Origin: an uncultured delta proteobacterium
Lineage (GTDB): Bacteria; Desulfobacterota; Binatia; JACPRU01
Direction of reading: 5' to 3'
Assembly: GCA_963745025.1 (NCBI GenBank)
Contig: CAVUWD010000006.1
Span: forward strand, 32,001-96,000
DNA: 64,000 nucleotides
How positions within the stretch are numbered: position 1 is the first letter of the stretch; each line of letters starts with the position of its first letter. Both the position numbers and the translations under genes were made by a program. Below the pieces are notes generated by a model. That model did not search any database and was not told the DNA's origin. It saw only the letters and a program-made list of their open reading frames with translations. Shown here one piece after another: positions 1 through 9,723 of the stretch.

Positions 1-490
1 CGGCGACGAACGCCGGCCACTCCGGATTGCGCAGCCGCGCGACGTCGTTCACCGCGTGGTTGAAGTAGACGTCGACGTGGTCGGTCTGAAGCCGGCCCAG
101 GCTCCCTTCGAGCGCGCGCATCATCTCGTCGCGCGAGGTCGTGCCGGTGGTCTCGGTCTTCGAGGTCAGGTAGACCCGATCGCGCTTTCCCCTGAGCGCC
201 TTTCCGATCGTCGCCTCGGACACCCCGCCGGTATAGCTTTCGGCCGTGTCGAAGTAGTTGATGCCGCGGTCGAACGCGTGGCGGACGAGGCCCTCGTCGC
301 CGCGAAGACGGCTCCCGCCGAAGGACACGTCGGAGATTTTCATCCCGGTCCTGCCGAGCTCGCGAAAGCTCCGGGCGCGTGGCGTCTCCGGGTCTGGCAA
401 GGCAGCACGCGCGAGCGGAGCGAGACCGAGCCCAGCGAGCGATGCAGCAGCTCCGCAAGCGAGAAAATCGCGTCGGGTGAGGCTCGGCAT
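1..490 (-). CDS. Aldo/keto reductase with Tat-like signal, truncated by window edge
   Basis: Manual translation from ATG 490: MPSLTRRDFL...RELGRTGMKISDVSFGG...AFDRGINYFDTAEGY...SLGRLQTDHVDVYFNH. Absent from the ORF track because it runs off the edge. Confidence 0.85.
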   Translation of the reverse strand, partial: MPSLTRRDFLACGAAASLAGLGLAPLARAALPDPETPRARSFRELGRTGMKISDVSFGGSRLRGDEGLVRHAFDRGINYFDTAESYTGGVSEATIGKALRGKRDRVYLTSKTETTGTTSRDEMMRALEGSLGRLQTDHVDVYFNHAVNDVARLRNPEWPAFVA

Positions 491-683
491 CGGCGTCAGC
501 CTAACACGACTCACCGCCCCGGACGAGATGGGATCACGGCATGGAGCCTCCCGGACGCGTTCGGCGCGGTCGGGCAACCGGGCTCAGCTCGAAGCCCGCT
601 CTGCCCGCTCGCGTTTTCGAAGCCGCAGGCTGGGCAACGCATCGACGGTCCCGTGGACCGCCAGCACCCTAGAGATCCCCACG

Positions 684-1175
684 CTACGGATCAGCAAGCC
701 GCCGCTTGAGAAACTCAACAAGATCGGCCCCGGTCACCTCGGGTCGCTGCGATGCGCGCGCGAGAACCGTCGGTGTGGTCGCGCCTTCGCGAAAGGCACG
801 AATGGCCTCCGGCACCGCGAAGGCGCCGCCAAGCTCCCGAATCAACTCCACGAGGGCGAGGCTCTGCGCGTAGGCGAGACCCGCGTCGCTGTTCGCCTCG
901 AAGACCATCCACCACAATCTTGCTCGGGAAGAGCGATCCGGGCCGTCCACTCGCGGATCAAGTAGCCCGCCAGCGGGTGGAGTCAAGCGGCAGGCAACGG
1001 CACCGAGTGAATCTCGCCTTTGCCGAGGCCCCACGAAAGTCGAGGAACCCTTCCCCCGAGTAGTCGACGCGCAGCTCGAGCGCGACGACCTCACCGTAGA
1101 TCTGGATGGTGAAGGGCAGCCAGCTCTGCCAGGCGCACGGCCTTCCTCAAAAGTGCGATCGCTGGATATCACCAT
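684..1175 (-). CDS. Hypothetical protein, possibly frameshifted or decayed
   Basis: Co-oriented with both neighbours; only the C-terminal half (LAYAQSLALVELIRELGG...) looks protein-like. Confidence 0.3.
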   Translation of the reverse strand: MVISSDRTFEEGRAPGRAGCPSPSRSTVRSSRSSCASTTRGKGSSTFVGPRQRRDSLGAVACRLTPPAGGLLDPRVDGPDRSSRARLWWMVFEANSDAGLAYAQSLALVELIRELGGAFAVPEAIRAFREGATTPTVLARASQRPEVTGADLVEFLKRRLADP

Positions 1176-1238
1176 TGGTGGGTCAAGGACCTTCCGGAAG
1201 AGGACCTCCGCCCGACCATGGCCAGCGGTTCCTGAGCG

Positions 1239-2078
1239 TCAGCGCTGCCACGGGCTGCCGACGCAGATACACGGCGAGGCGGCGGTCGGATCATTGCGGC
1301 GGGTCGCCTCGCATTGAAGCTGGTCGTGAAAGACCTCGCCGCGGCCGTCGCTGACGAGCATGACGCGCCGGACACCGCGCTGATAGGACACATATCCCCA
1401 GTTGGTGCACTCGGGGATGCTTTCGATGCGCGCGCGGAGCAGCTGATTTTCCTCCAGCGCTCGGCGGTACTGGCGCTCCAGCTCGCTCCGCTGCGCTTCG
1501 ATCGCGTCGAGCCGCGCGTCCGTTTGCGTCTGCAGGTGCCGCAAGTCTTTGAGACTCGTGGCAAGGCCGTTGTTCTCTTCCCGCAGATTGGCGTTCTCTT
1601 CGTAGAGGGCGGCATTCTCCGCCTGTGTGATCTCGTGCTGGTGGCCCAACTGTTCCATGGCCGAGGTCAGATCCTCGATGTGTCCGTTCTCGTCGTCCAC
1701 TGCCTTCTCCCCTGCCGCCTGGCTGGGTGGCGTTGAGGCTGCACGCACCAGAAAGCGCCGCTCCGTGGCGCTCCATCGTCCCAAGACCGGCGAGCGTAGC
1801 TCGATCCGATACTGGCCGGGTCGCGGAAAATGCTCGGCGCTGATCTCGGTCGGATTTTGCCTGAGCCCGAGATCCTCGCGAAGGTCACCGCCGACCAACG
1901 TGACGTACAGGTCCCGCGGGCCCTCCCAGCGAATCGTCAGAGGCAAGGAGACGACCGCGCCATCGGCCGGAGTCTCCACCACCGGCCATAGAGCGCGCGA
2001 TAGACTGCTGCGGAACATCGCATCCGTAGCGACCGTGACCACGACGCAGAGGAGAGCCAGTGCCAACGCCTGGCGCAT
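1239..2078 (-). CDS. Secreted or membrane-anchored hypothetical protein with coiled coil and Cys-containing C-terminus
   Basis: Hydrophobic N-terminus, heptad-rich segment (ENAALYEENANLREENNGL), terminal CICVG. Confidence 0.7.
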   Translation of the reverse strand: MRQALALALLCVVVTVATDAMFRSSLSRALWPVVETPADGAVVSLPLTIRWEGPRDLYVTLVGGDLREDLGLRQNPTEISAEHFPRPGQYRIELRSPVLGRWSATERRFLVRAASTPPSQAAGEKAVDDENGHIEDLTSAMEQLGHQHEITQAENAALYEENANLREENNGLATSLKDLRHLQTQTDARLDAIEAQRSELERQYRRALEENQLLRARIESIPECTNWGYVSYQRGVRRVMLVSDGRGEVFHDQLQCEATRRNDPTAASPCICVGSPWQR

Positions 2079-2467
2079 AACTGCCTCATTATACGCGGAT
2101 CGGCGGCGCGGCTATCAAGCTGATTCGGTTGGACCGTCAGCACGAGGTGCTTGTGGGCTCGCCGATCGGCGGGGTGCACAACCCGTCTCTCGCCGGCCGC
2201 TAGACGTTTCACACCGCGGAGGTAGCGCGACTGGCCTTCTAGTTCGCGGTCGCCACGCAGCGAGCTTGGGAAGGCGTTGAGCGCCGCAGTCCCTGAACCT
2301 CGCGCGAAGCGTGCCTCGGATGCAAACGCACGCGGACGGGGAAGACAGGCCCGAAGAGGGAAGAATTGTGGGGAGCTGTGCAGGATTTGACCATCCGGCC
2401 CGTCGAGCTCGCGAGCTGAGCGGGTCGTGAGCGTCGACCGGGACCTCTCGCCGCTGGCCCCGACGCG

Positions 2468-2574
2468 TTACCGTGGCCGGACGGCGACGCTCGACGAAAG
2501 TCGGTGGCCGAGTTGCTCGTCGAAGAAATCCTCTAGCTCCGCAGCCCGTCGCCGCAACCCTTCATCGCTCGTCA
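2468..2574 (-). pseudogene. Glutathione S-transferase gene fragment
   Basis: LRRRAAELEDFFDEQLG resembles DRDRAMALEEFFDEELG in the intact GST at 45210-45974. Confidence 0.5.
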
Positions 2575-3726
2575 GGCCGGAGCGAAGATGCTCTCGGCGC
2601 CAGCGCCGGAATCGGCGGGCGCGCCGGGGGACCTTTCCCCCGCCGGCTGCGCGAACGCGGGATCGCGCTGGAGGACGGGCATGACGCGCTCCGCGAAGAG
2701 TCGCATGTTGAGCTCGGCCTCCTCCTGCGGCATGCCACCGAACGCCAACTCGGTCACCAAATGGTCCAGCCCGGTCAAACGCTGTAGCTCGGCGAGTTGC
2801 TGCAAACAGTCGTCGGGCGTCCCGGAGACCTGGATCTTCACGTAGAACTCCGTCGCCTTCTGGCGGTACCCTTCTTCCTTCATCCTCGAGTAGGTCTTCG
2901 CCATCTTGCCGTAAAACTCGTAGCCCTTCACCGACGCGAGGTGGCCGTCCGAGAAGTGATAGTGACTGTCGATCGAATCCCACTTGCGGCCGAGGTACTT
3001 CACCGCCCGCTCGTGGGCATCGTTCCGGCTCTCGGCGACCGAGACGTTCATGAGGATGATCGGCGGGCGCGGCGTGTGCCCCACGCTCGAGGCGATCTGG
3101 CGATACCGATCGATGTCCTCGGCGGCCTTGGGCCACTCGTTCTGCATGACGACGAGCACACCGAAACCGAGCTTCGCCATGATCTCGGCGGACTCCGGAC
3201 TCACGGAGGAGGCGTAGAACCGCCGCTCCGGATGCGAGATCGGGCGCGGCCGGATCGAGGTCGTCGGGATCGTGTAGTACTCACCCTCCCAGTCGAAGAC
3301 CTCGTGCGTGAGCGCCTTGCTGACGATCTGGGCGGCCTCCACGAAGCGCGGCCGCGCCTCTTCCATCGACACGCGGAAGCCAGCGTACTCCACGCTCGCG
3401 GCGCCGCGGCCGAACCCGAACAGACAACGGCCACCAGTCAGGACGTCGAGTAGCGCGATCTCCTCGGCGACACGCACGGGATCGTGCCAGGGAAGCACGA
3501 TGACGGCGGTGCCGAGCGTGATCCGCCGGGTGCGCCCGGCAAAGTAGCTCAGCAGTTGGGTCGGCGACGGCGACATGGCGTAGCCGGTGAAGTGGTGCTC
3601 CAGCGCGAAGAGCGAATCGAAGCCGAGCGGCTCGGCCAGATCGCCCAGCGCCAGATGCTCCCCGAGCACGCTGGCATCGGACCGGCCTTCCTTCGTCAGC
3701 ATGTTGAGTGCGATGCCGACCTTCAC
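2572..3726 (-). CDS. LLM-class (luciferase-like) flavin-dependent oxidoreductase
   Basis: LGFDSLFALEHHF, LPWHDPVRVAEEIALLD and GFGRG motifs; GTG start at 3726 after AAGGAGG. Confidence 0.92.
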   Translation of the reverse strand: MKVGIALNMLTKEGRSDASVLGEHLALGDLAEPLGFDSLFALEHHFTGYAMSPSPTQLLSYFAGRTRRITLGTAVIVLPWHDPVRVAEEIALLDVLTGGRCLFGFGRGAASVEYAGFRVSMEEARPRFVEAAQIVSKALTHEVFDWEGEYYTIPTTSIRPRPISHPERRFYASSVSPESAEIMAKLGFGVLVVMQNEWPKAAEDIDRYRQIASSVGHTPRPPIILMNVSVAESRNDAHERAVKYLGRKWDSIDSHYHFSDGHLASVKGYEFYGKMAKTYSRMKEEGYRQKATEFYVKIQVSGTPDDCLQQLAELQRLTGLDHLVTELAFGGMPQEEAELNMRLFAERVMPVLQRDPAFAQPAGERSPGAPADSGAGAESIFAPA

Positions 3727-4161
3727 GATGGGCCCTCCTTGCCTGTCGACACGATCCACGCCGATCTGACCACTGTGGCTCGAGAGCGTCAAGCGGTGTT
3801 GGATTCATGGCCATCGTGGAGCATAGCCGTATACCTCCGCTACATCGCGGTGCTGCACGCGACATTGCCCCGCGCGCCGAAGCGGGCCAGCGCTCATGCA
3901 AGCTGCGAGCCGAGCCTAGGCACGCTCCGCCTGCGGGCGCTAATGCCGCTCTACTTCCTTGAGACGAGCATCTCCCCACCACTCGCGGCGTGGTTGGCAT
4001 CATACGGCGCGGGCCTCGGCGAGATGCAAAGCGCGCCGTTCAGCCTGCCGCAGGGCGACTGCAAATTGCTGTATGCAGTTGATTGCAAGATATGGATACG
4101 TGGAGATCTTCCAACACCTGCTAAGCACTCGAAATCGCGTCGAATGCAAAATCGCCGAAAC

Positions 4162-4177
4162 GGGCATGTTCCTTGTA
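4162..4177 (+). promoter_or_regulatory. Putative sigma54 -24/-12 promoter
   Basis: GGGCATGTTCCTTGTA compared with TGGCACG-N4-TTGCW; AT-rich TGCA-containing palindromes ~80-110 bp upstream. Confidence 0.45.
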
Positions 4178-4202
4178 TCGTCAAAAGGGCAAGGAGGTAG
4201 TC

Positions 4203-4463
4203 ATGGAAGCTACGGCGAGAGTGATCCCCCTAAGTGGCAAGCCCCAACCGGCAAAGCTTGCCTCCGCCGGCGCCGCATCGACGCCGACCGCCACCACGAA
4301 CGCGTCCGCGGAATTTCGTGCGCTCGAGGGCGTCCTCGTCATGATGCCCGACGAACAGCTGGATGCCCTGGGCGCGATCTTCTGCGCCAGTCCGCTCCGC
4401 AGGGTGATGACGTTCGAAGGATACCTGGTCGCCAGGGGCTTCGGTTACGGCACCGACGAGTAG
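4203..4463 (+). CDS. Small hypothetical protein (86 aa)
   Basis: Strong SD AAGGAGG before ATG 4203; protein-like C-terminal half. Confidence 0.65.
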   Translation: MEATARVIPLSGKPQPAKLASAGAASTPTATTNASAEFRALEGVLVMMPDEQLDALGAIFCASPLRRVMTFEGYLVARGFGYGTDE

Positions 4464-4687
4464 CTACTAGAAGTTCTGGCGTAGGGCGCTGCGCTCGGGC
4501 TATTCCGAGCTCGTCCGCCGCTGCGACGTTGGCCGCAACGGCGGGGATCGCGGCCATGAAGCCGCGCTGCAAGCGGCGGTCGAGGCCCATCAGCGGCTCA
4601 AGGGATCGGCGGCTTTCGCCTTGGGGGTCACCCGGCGAAAGCCGGGATCCATTCGCGCTTCGTTGCGGCAATGGATCCTGACTTTCG

Positions 4688-4846
4688 TCAGGATGACTGC
4701 GAGTTGCGCTCCGCCTCGGCCAATTCCGCCAGCGGCCCCGCGACCTGCCTCCAGCCCTGCTGGAAGCCCATCGCCTCACGCTGCTTCATCGTCGCCTCGT
4801 CCCAGTGCCGCGCGCCCGCGCGACAGCGCGTGCCGCTCTTCGGCCG
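4688..4846 (-). pseudogene. SRPBCC/AHSA1 C-terminal fragment
   Basis: GTRCRAGARHWDEATMKQREAMGFQQGWRQVAGPLAELAE resembles the AHSA1-type C-terminal helix; no N-terminal part present. Confidence 0.6.
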
Positions 4847-5063
4847 TCAGCCGAACGGAAAGCCGTACACGCTGCGCGGCTGCACGCTGTTCGAGACGAC
4901 CGGGGCCGGATCAAGACGCAGCGGGCGTACTGGGGATCGGGCGACCTGGCTCCACCAGCTCGGCATCCGGCTGTGAGTGCGCCGCCCGGCGGCGAGCCCC
5001 CCTCTTTGCGCCGCCACTCGGAGAGGATACAGGGTCGCGGGTGCAAAGGCTCGCCGTGGGCTC

Positions 5064-5609
5064 ATGATCCTCGTCGTCGTGGCACACCCCTATCCGGACC
5101 GTTCGTACGCCAACCGCGCTCTGCTTGCCTCGCTCGACGGCCTCGCCGGAGTCGAGGTGAGGTCGCTCTACGATCTGTACCCCGATTTCGCCATCGACGA
5201 GGCGGCGGAACGCGAAGCGCTGGCGGCTGCGTCGGTCGTCGTCTGGCAGCACCCGATCTACTGGTACAGCGTGCCGGCACTGCTCAAGCTCTGGTTCGAA
5301 AAGGTGCTCACGCCCGGCTGGGCTTGGGGGCCCGGCGGTGACGCCCTGCGCGGCAAGCGCTGCCAGTGGGTGGTGACCACCGGCGGCGGCGGCCTCGACT
5401 ATCTGCCCTCGGGCATTCACGGGCATCCCTTCGAGGCCTTCATCCCCGCCGTGCGCCAGACCGCCGAGTTCTGCGGCATGGAGTGGCTCGAGCCTCTCGT
5501 CGTCCACGAGGCGCGACATCTGGACGCCAGTGCCCTCGAGGCCTGGAGCGTCCTCTACCGCGCCCGTCTCGCGGCGCTCGGCGCCGGGGAGGGCATCGAC
5601 TATGAATGA
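5064..5609 (+). CDS. kefF: Glutathione-regulated K+ efflux ancillary flavoprotein
   Basis: MILVVVAHPYPDRSYANRAL and WQHPIYWYSVPALLKLWFEKV; overlaps kefC start. Confidence 0.9.
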   Translation: MILVVVAHPYPDRSYANRALLASLDGLAGVEVRSLYDLYPDFAIDEAAEREALAAASVVVWQHPIYWYSVPALLKLWFEKVLTPGWAWGPGGDALRGKRCQWVVTTGGGGLDYLPSGIHGHPFEAFIPAVRQTAEFCGMEWLEPLVVHEARHLDASALEAWSVLYRARLAALGAGEGIDYE

Positions 5610-7422
5610 ACACTCCTTCCTGCTCCATGCGGCGATCTACCTCCTGGCCGCCGTGATCTTCGTGCCGACGGCGAGTCGGCTGGGGCTCGGCTCGGTGATC
5701 GGCTACCTGATCGCGGGCAGCGTCATCGGTCCTTTCGGCCTCGGCCTGATCAGCGACGTCGATGCGATCTTCGGCTTCGCCGAGTTCGGCGTCGTGCTGA
5801 TGCTGTTCGTCATCGGCCTCGAGCTCGATCCGGCGCGCCTGTGGGACATGCGCCGCAGCGTCTTTCTCGGCGGCTCTCTGCAGATGGCCGGTTGCGGCGC
5901 CGTTCTCGCCCTCGCCGGGTTCGCCGTCGGCCTGCCGCCGGCGGCCGCAGGCGTCGCCGGCTTTGCGCTGGCGCTGTCGTCGACTGCGGTCGCCGTGCAG
6001 ACGATGAGCGAGCGCGGCGTGCTCGCCTCGCCGACGGGGCGAGTCGCCTTCGGCATCTTGCTGTTCCAGGACATCGCCGCGATCCCGCTCATCGCCGCGG
6101 TGCCGCTGCTGTCGACGACGGCGGTGGGCGCCGCCGACGCTTCCCTCTGGCTCGGCGCCGCCAAGGTCGCCAGCGCCGCGGTAGTCGTCGTCGGCGCCGG
6201 CCGCTACGCCGTGCGCCCGGCTCTGCGCGCCATCGCGCGGACGCATCTGCGCGACGTCTTCGCCGCCTTCGCGCTGCTAGTCGTCATCGCCACGGCGTTG
6301 CTGATGGATCTCGTCGGCGTGTCGATGGCGCTCGGCGCCTTTCTCGCCGGCGTTCTCCTCGCCAGCTCGGAGTATCGCCACGCGCTGGAGACCGACATCG
6401 AGCCGTTTCGCGGGCTGCTGATGGGGCTCTTCTTCGTCGCCGTCGGCATGTCGATCGACTTTGCCCTGCTCGCCAGTCACACCGCGCTCGTCGTCGCCCT
6501 GGTGCTCGGCTTCACCGGCCTCAAGAGCGCCGCGCTCTTCCTGCTGAGCTGGCCCGTCGGCGTGCCGCCGGGCCGCCGGCCGGCGTTCGCCGCGCTGCTG
6601 GCGCAGGGCAGCGAGTTCGCCTTCGTCGTCTTCGGCGTCGCCGGCGCCGCCGATGTCCTCCCCGGCGAATGGAACAAGCTCCTCACGTTGATGGTGGCCC
6701 TGTCGCTGGTGCTGACGCCGCTCCTCGCCGCCGCCGCCGAGTGGCTGCAGAGCCGTCTGAGCGCGACGACGCGCGAGGCCGATCGGGTCGAGGCGGAGGA
6801 GGGCGCGGTCCTCATCGTCGGCTTCGGACGCTTCGGGCAGATCGTCGGCCGCCTGCTCTTCGCCAGCGGCATCCGCGCCACCGTGCTCGATCACGACCCG
6901 GACAACATCGAGGTGTTGCGCCGGCTGGGTTTCCGCGTCTTCTACGGCGACGGCACCCGCCTCGATCTGCTCACCTCCGCCGACGCCGAGCGGGCGAGCG
7001 TGATCATCGACGCCATCGACGACATGGACGCCAACCTCAAGCTCGTCGACGTGGCGCGGCAGTACTTCCCGGGCGTGCGTCTGGTGGCGCGGGCGCGCGA
7101 CGTGACGCACTGGCGTGAGCTGCGCGAGCGCGGCGTGCGCACCATCGAGCGCGAGACCTTCGAGTCGGCGCTGTGCGTCGGCCGCCGCGCCCTCGAGGCG
7201 CTGGGCATCCGCCCCCACGAGGCGCGCGAGCGAGCCGATCGCTTCCGCCGGCACAACCTCCTGACGCTCGAATCCGTGCTCGAGGGCTGGGACGACGAGG
7301 ACCAGCGCTTCTCGCAGGCGCGCACGGCGCGCATCGAGTTCGAGCGCCAGTTCCAGAAGGACCAGGAGGAGCTGGAGGCGCAGATCGGCCACAGCTGGCG
7401 CCGTGAAGACGCGGACGGATGA
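5602..7422 (+). CDS. kefC: Glutathione-regulated K+ efflux protein (CPA2 + KTN)
   Basis: LGLGSVIGYLIAG, LLFQD, SEYRHALETDIEPF loop, KTN GFGRFG. Confidence 0.92.
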   Translation: MNEHSFLLHAAIYLLAAVIFVPTASRLGLGSVIGYLIAGSVIGPFGLGLISDVDAIFGFAEFGVVLMLFVIGLELDPARLWDMRRSVFLGGSLQMAGCGAVLALAGFAVGLPPAAAGVAGFALALSSTAVAVQTMSERGVLASPTGRVAFGILLFQDIAAIPLIAAVPLLSTTAVGAADASLWLGAAKVASAAVVVVGAGRYAVRPALRAIARTHLRDVFAAFALLVVIATALLMDLVGVSMALGAFLAGVLLASSEYRHALETDIEPFRGLLMGLFFVAVGMSIDFALLASHTALVVALVLGFTGLKSAALFLLSWPVGVPPGRRPAFAALLAQGSEFAFVVFGVAGAADVLPGEWNKLLTLMVALSLVLTPLLAAAAEWLQSRLSATTREADRVEAEEGAVLIVGFGRFGQIVGRLLFASGIRATVLDHDPDNIEVLRRLGFRVFYGDGTRLDLLTSADAERASVIIDAIDDMDANLKLVDVARQYFPGVRLVARARDVTHWRELRERGVRTIERETFESALCVGRRALEALGIRPHEARERADRFRRHNLLTLESVLEGWDDEDQRFSQARTARIEFERQFQKDQEELEAQIGHSWRREDADG

Positions 7423-7737
7423 GCATCGAGGTAGGGCGGGCCTTCCACGGCTCGCCTACCGGCGCAGAGCGCCGGACCGTCTCGAGCCGGAGCGGAGTGA
7501 ACACTGGGCCATGGTGGTCACTCTGCACACCGGATGAAGCCGAAGTGACCGGAGTCTGCGACGGCGACCAGCCGCGCATGGGGAAACCGCCGCAGAGTTC
7601 GAGCTCTGACCCGGGGTTTCTCCGGCCGAGCGACGGGTCTCGTCTCTTGCCGCAAGCCCGACGGCCGCGATAGAGCCCTAGTTGGTGCTCCGGCCTGCAC
7701 TGCGCCGACGCAGCAGCGCCCGTTCTCGGAGGACGCG

Positions 7738-8202
7738 ATGCCAACGAGGCTGCAACAGAGCAAGATCTTCGCAGGGCTGGATGCCCGGCGACTCGAGACG
7801 ATCTGGGGGAGCGGGCGAACCGCGGAATTCGGCCCCGGCGATCTGGTGATCGAGGAGGGTCAACCGAACGATCAGCTCTTCGTGGTTCTGCGCGGGGAGC
7901 TGGAGGTCTTCCTGCCGAAGACCCCCCAGCGCCTGACGAGAATAACCATTGCGTCGGTCGGGCCGGGCGACTGCCTCGGCGAGTACTCCTTCCTAGACGA
8001 TCGGCCGGCTTCTGCTTCCGTCGCCGCCAAGGGAGCGACCGAGGTGTTCAAGATCTCGCAGGCCGAGGTCGAGCAGGTGCTGAATTCCGACTCGACCGCC
8101 GGGCAGGTCGTCTACCGAAATCTGCTCCGCCTGCTGGTTGAGCGATTGCGTTCGCAGAACCAACTGCTCAATCTCTTGACCTCGGCGTCGGCGAAGAGGT
8201 GA
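7738..8202 (+). CDS. Stand-alone cyclic-nucleotide-binding domain protein
   Basis: EEGQPNDQLFVVLRGELEV...GPGDCLGEYSF...ASASVAA; no HTH. Confidence 0.88.
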   Translation: MPTRLQQSKIFAGLDARRLETIWGSGRTAEFGPGDLVIEEGQPNDQLFVVLRGELEVFLPKTPQRLTRITIASVGPGDCLGEYSFLDDRPASASVAAKGATEVFKISQAEVEQVLNSDSTAGQVVYRNLLRLLVERLRSQNQLLNLLTSASAKR

Positions 8203-8275
8203 AGTCGCCTGTGCAGCGGGTGGAGGGAGAACCGCGCTTCCCCTCAGGTGCGAAGCAGAGGCAAGGGCGCGCGGC

Positions 8276-8761
8276 TCAGGTATCCGACGGGAATGGAAGG
8301 GGTTGAAAGAGGTCGAGCTGCTGATTCTCTTTGCGCAGTCGAGCGACCAACAGGCGCAGCAGATTCCGGTGCACAGCCTGACCGAAGGCAGGATCGGCTT
8401 CCAGCTTCCGCTCGAACTCCACTTGCGGGATCCCGAAGACTTCCGTCTGGATCCTTGCCGCAACCGACGCCGACGCGGGGTTCTTGTCGACGAAGGAGTA
8501 TTCCCCGATGCAATCGCCTGGACCGACCCGCGCGATGCGGACCCGGCGCAGACGCGATTTCGTCTTGGGTAGAAACACCTCCAACTCGCCGCGGATGACC
8601 ACGAACAGGTCGGCGACTTGCTGGCCTTCTTCGATGATCGTCTCGCCCGCGCCCAGCCCCCGCGCGGAGCCGCTGGCCCTGAGCTCTTCGAGCGCGCCCC
8701 GGCCGAGGCCTTCGAACATCTTGGCTCGGCATAGGCTCGCGAGCAACCGATCCGACGACAT
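8276..8761 (-). CDS. Stand-alone cyclic-nucleotide-binding domain protein (paralog of 7738-8202)
   Basis: EEGQQVADLFVVIRGELEV...GPGDCIGEYSF...ASASVAA. Confidence 0.88.
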   Translation of the reverse strand: MSSDRLLASLCRAKMFEGLGRGALEELRASGSARGLGAGETIIEEGQQVADLFVVIRGELEVFLPKTKSRLRRVRIARVGPGDCIGEYSFVDKNPASASVAARIQTEVFGIPQVEFERKLEADPAFGQAVHRNLLRLLVARLRKENQQLDLFQPLPFPSDT

Positions 8762-8851
8762 GTCCTCTTTCCGGGCCGACCGACGCGGGGAACTTCACTG
8801 ATCTTCTAGCCACCCTTTTGGCCGCTCCGCAAGGAGAACGAGGCTGCGCGT

Positions 8852-8977
8852 GCCGCGACGTTCGAGCGATGGAACATCGTGAACCGGATCGTTCCCGACG
8901 AAGCCTTCGAGGCAGAGACTGGGGCATTCGTCGAGCGGCTGGCCAGCGGTGCAACCCTAGCGTCGCGGAGTCGGTGA
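8852..8977 (+). pseudogene. Enoyl-CoA hydratase/isomerase fragment
   Basis: AATFERWNIVNRIVPDEAFEAETGAFVERLASG resembles the crotonase C-terminal segment. Confidence 0.6.
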
Positions 8978-9093
8978 TCCGCCGCTGCTGCTGCAGTAGC
9001 GGCCTTCGAGCGCAAGCGCCTGTCGAAGCCTTGACCGGCGAACGGCAACAGCCCTACGTATCGTTGGAGACACGAACCGAAGGGAGGTCCACG

Positions 9094-9534
9094 ATGCTCA
9101 GCCCCGGCCAGCCCGCCCCCGACTTCAACGTCACCAGCCACGAAGGGAAGAAGATCTCGCTCGCCGCTCTGCGCGGCCAGAAGGTGCTGCTCTGGTTCTA
9201 CCCCAAGGCCGACACCCCCGGTTGAACCATCGAGGGCAAAGGGCTCCGTGACCGAGCCCAAGATTTCGCCGGCAAGAACATCGCGATCCTCGGCGCGAGC
9301 TTCGACACCGAGGCCGAGAACGCCGCCTTCGCCAAGAAGTTCAGCTTCGCCTTCCCGCTACTCTGCGACACCGACCGCAAGCTCGGCATGGCCTACGGCG
9401 CCTGCGACGATCCGAGCGCCGGCTACGCGAAGCGGATCTCGTACCTGATCGATGAGCAGGGGAAGATTCTGAAAGCGTACGCCAAGGTGCAGCCTGCCGA
9501 TCACCCTGATGAGGTGTTCAGAGACGCGGGCTGA
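9094..9534 (+). CDS. bcp: Selenocysteine-containing peroxiredoxin (Bcp/PrxQ type)
   Basis: SD AGGGAGG, ATG 9094; WFYPKADTPG-TGA(9223-9225)-TIEG, then the frame stays open through ILGASFD, FPLLCD and RISYLIDEQGKI to TGA 9534. Confidence 0.92.
9241..9259 (+). promoter_or_regulatory. Putative bacterial SECIS hairpin
   Basis: GGGCTC-CGTGACC-GAGCCC stem-loop beginning 16 nt after the in-frame TGA, with G in the loop. Confidence 0.7.
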
Positions 9535-9723
9535 GCGAGCGAAGCGGATCCTTCCCGTGAACCTCAACACGTTCGATTGAGCTCGCCCGCCTTCACACGG
9601 GCGTGCGGGATGTGCACGGTGTCGATGCCCTGAACGTTCCTTCGAGGGAGAATTTGCCTGCGGCCGAGCCTGTGACCTCGAGATTCGGACACGGCCCCAC
9701 GGCGATGGAGCGCGTTCACACCT

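Noticed and set aside
4847-4849. In-frame TGA before the SRPBCC fragment as a second selenocysteine
   Set aside because: Upstream sequence is not SRPBCC-like and there is no Cys-equivalent motif; it is a fragment boundary.
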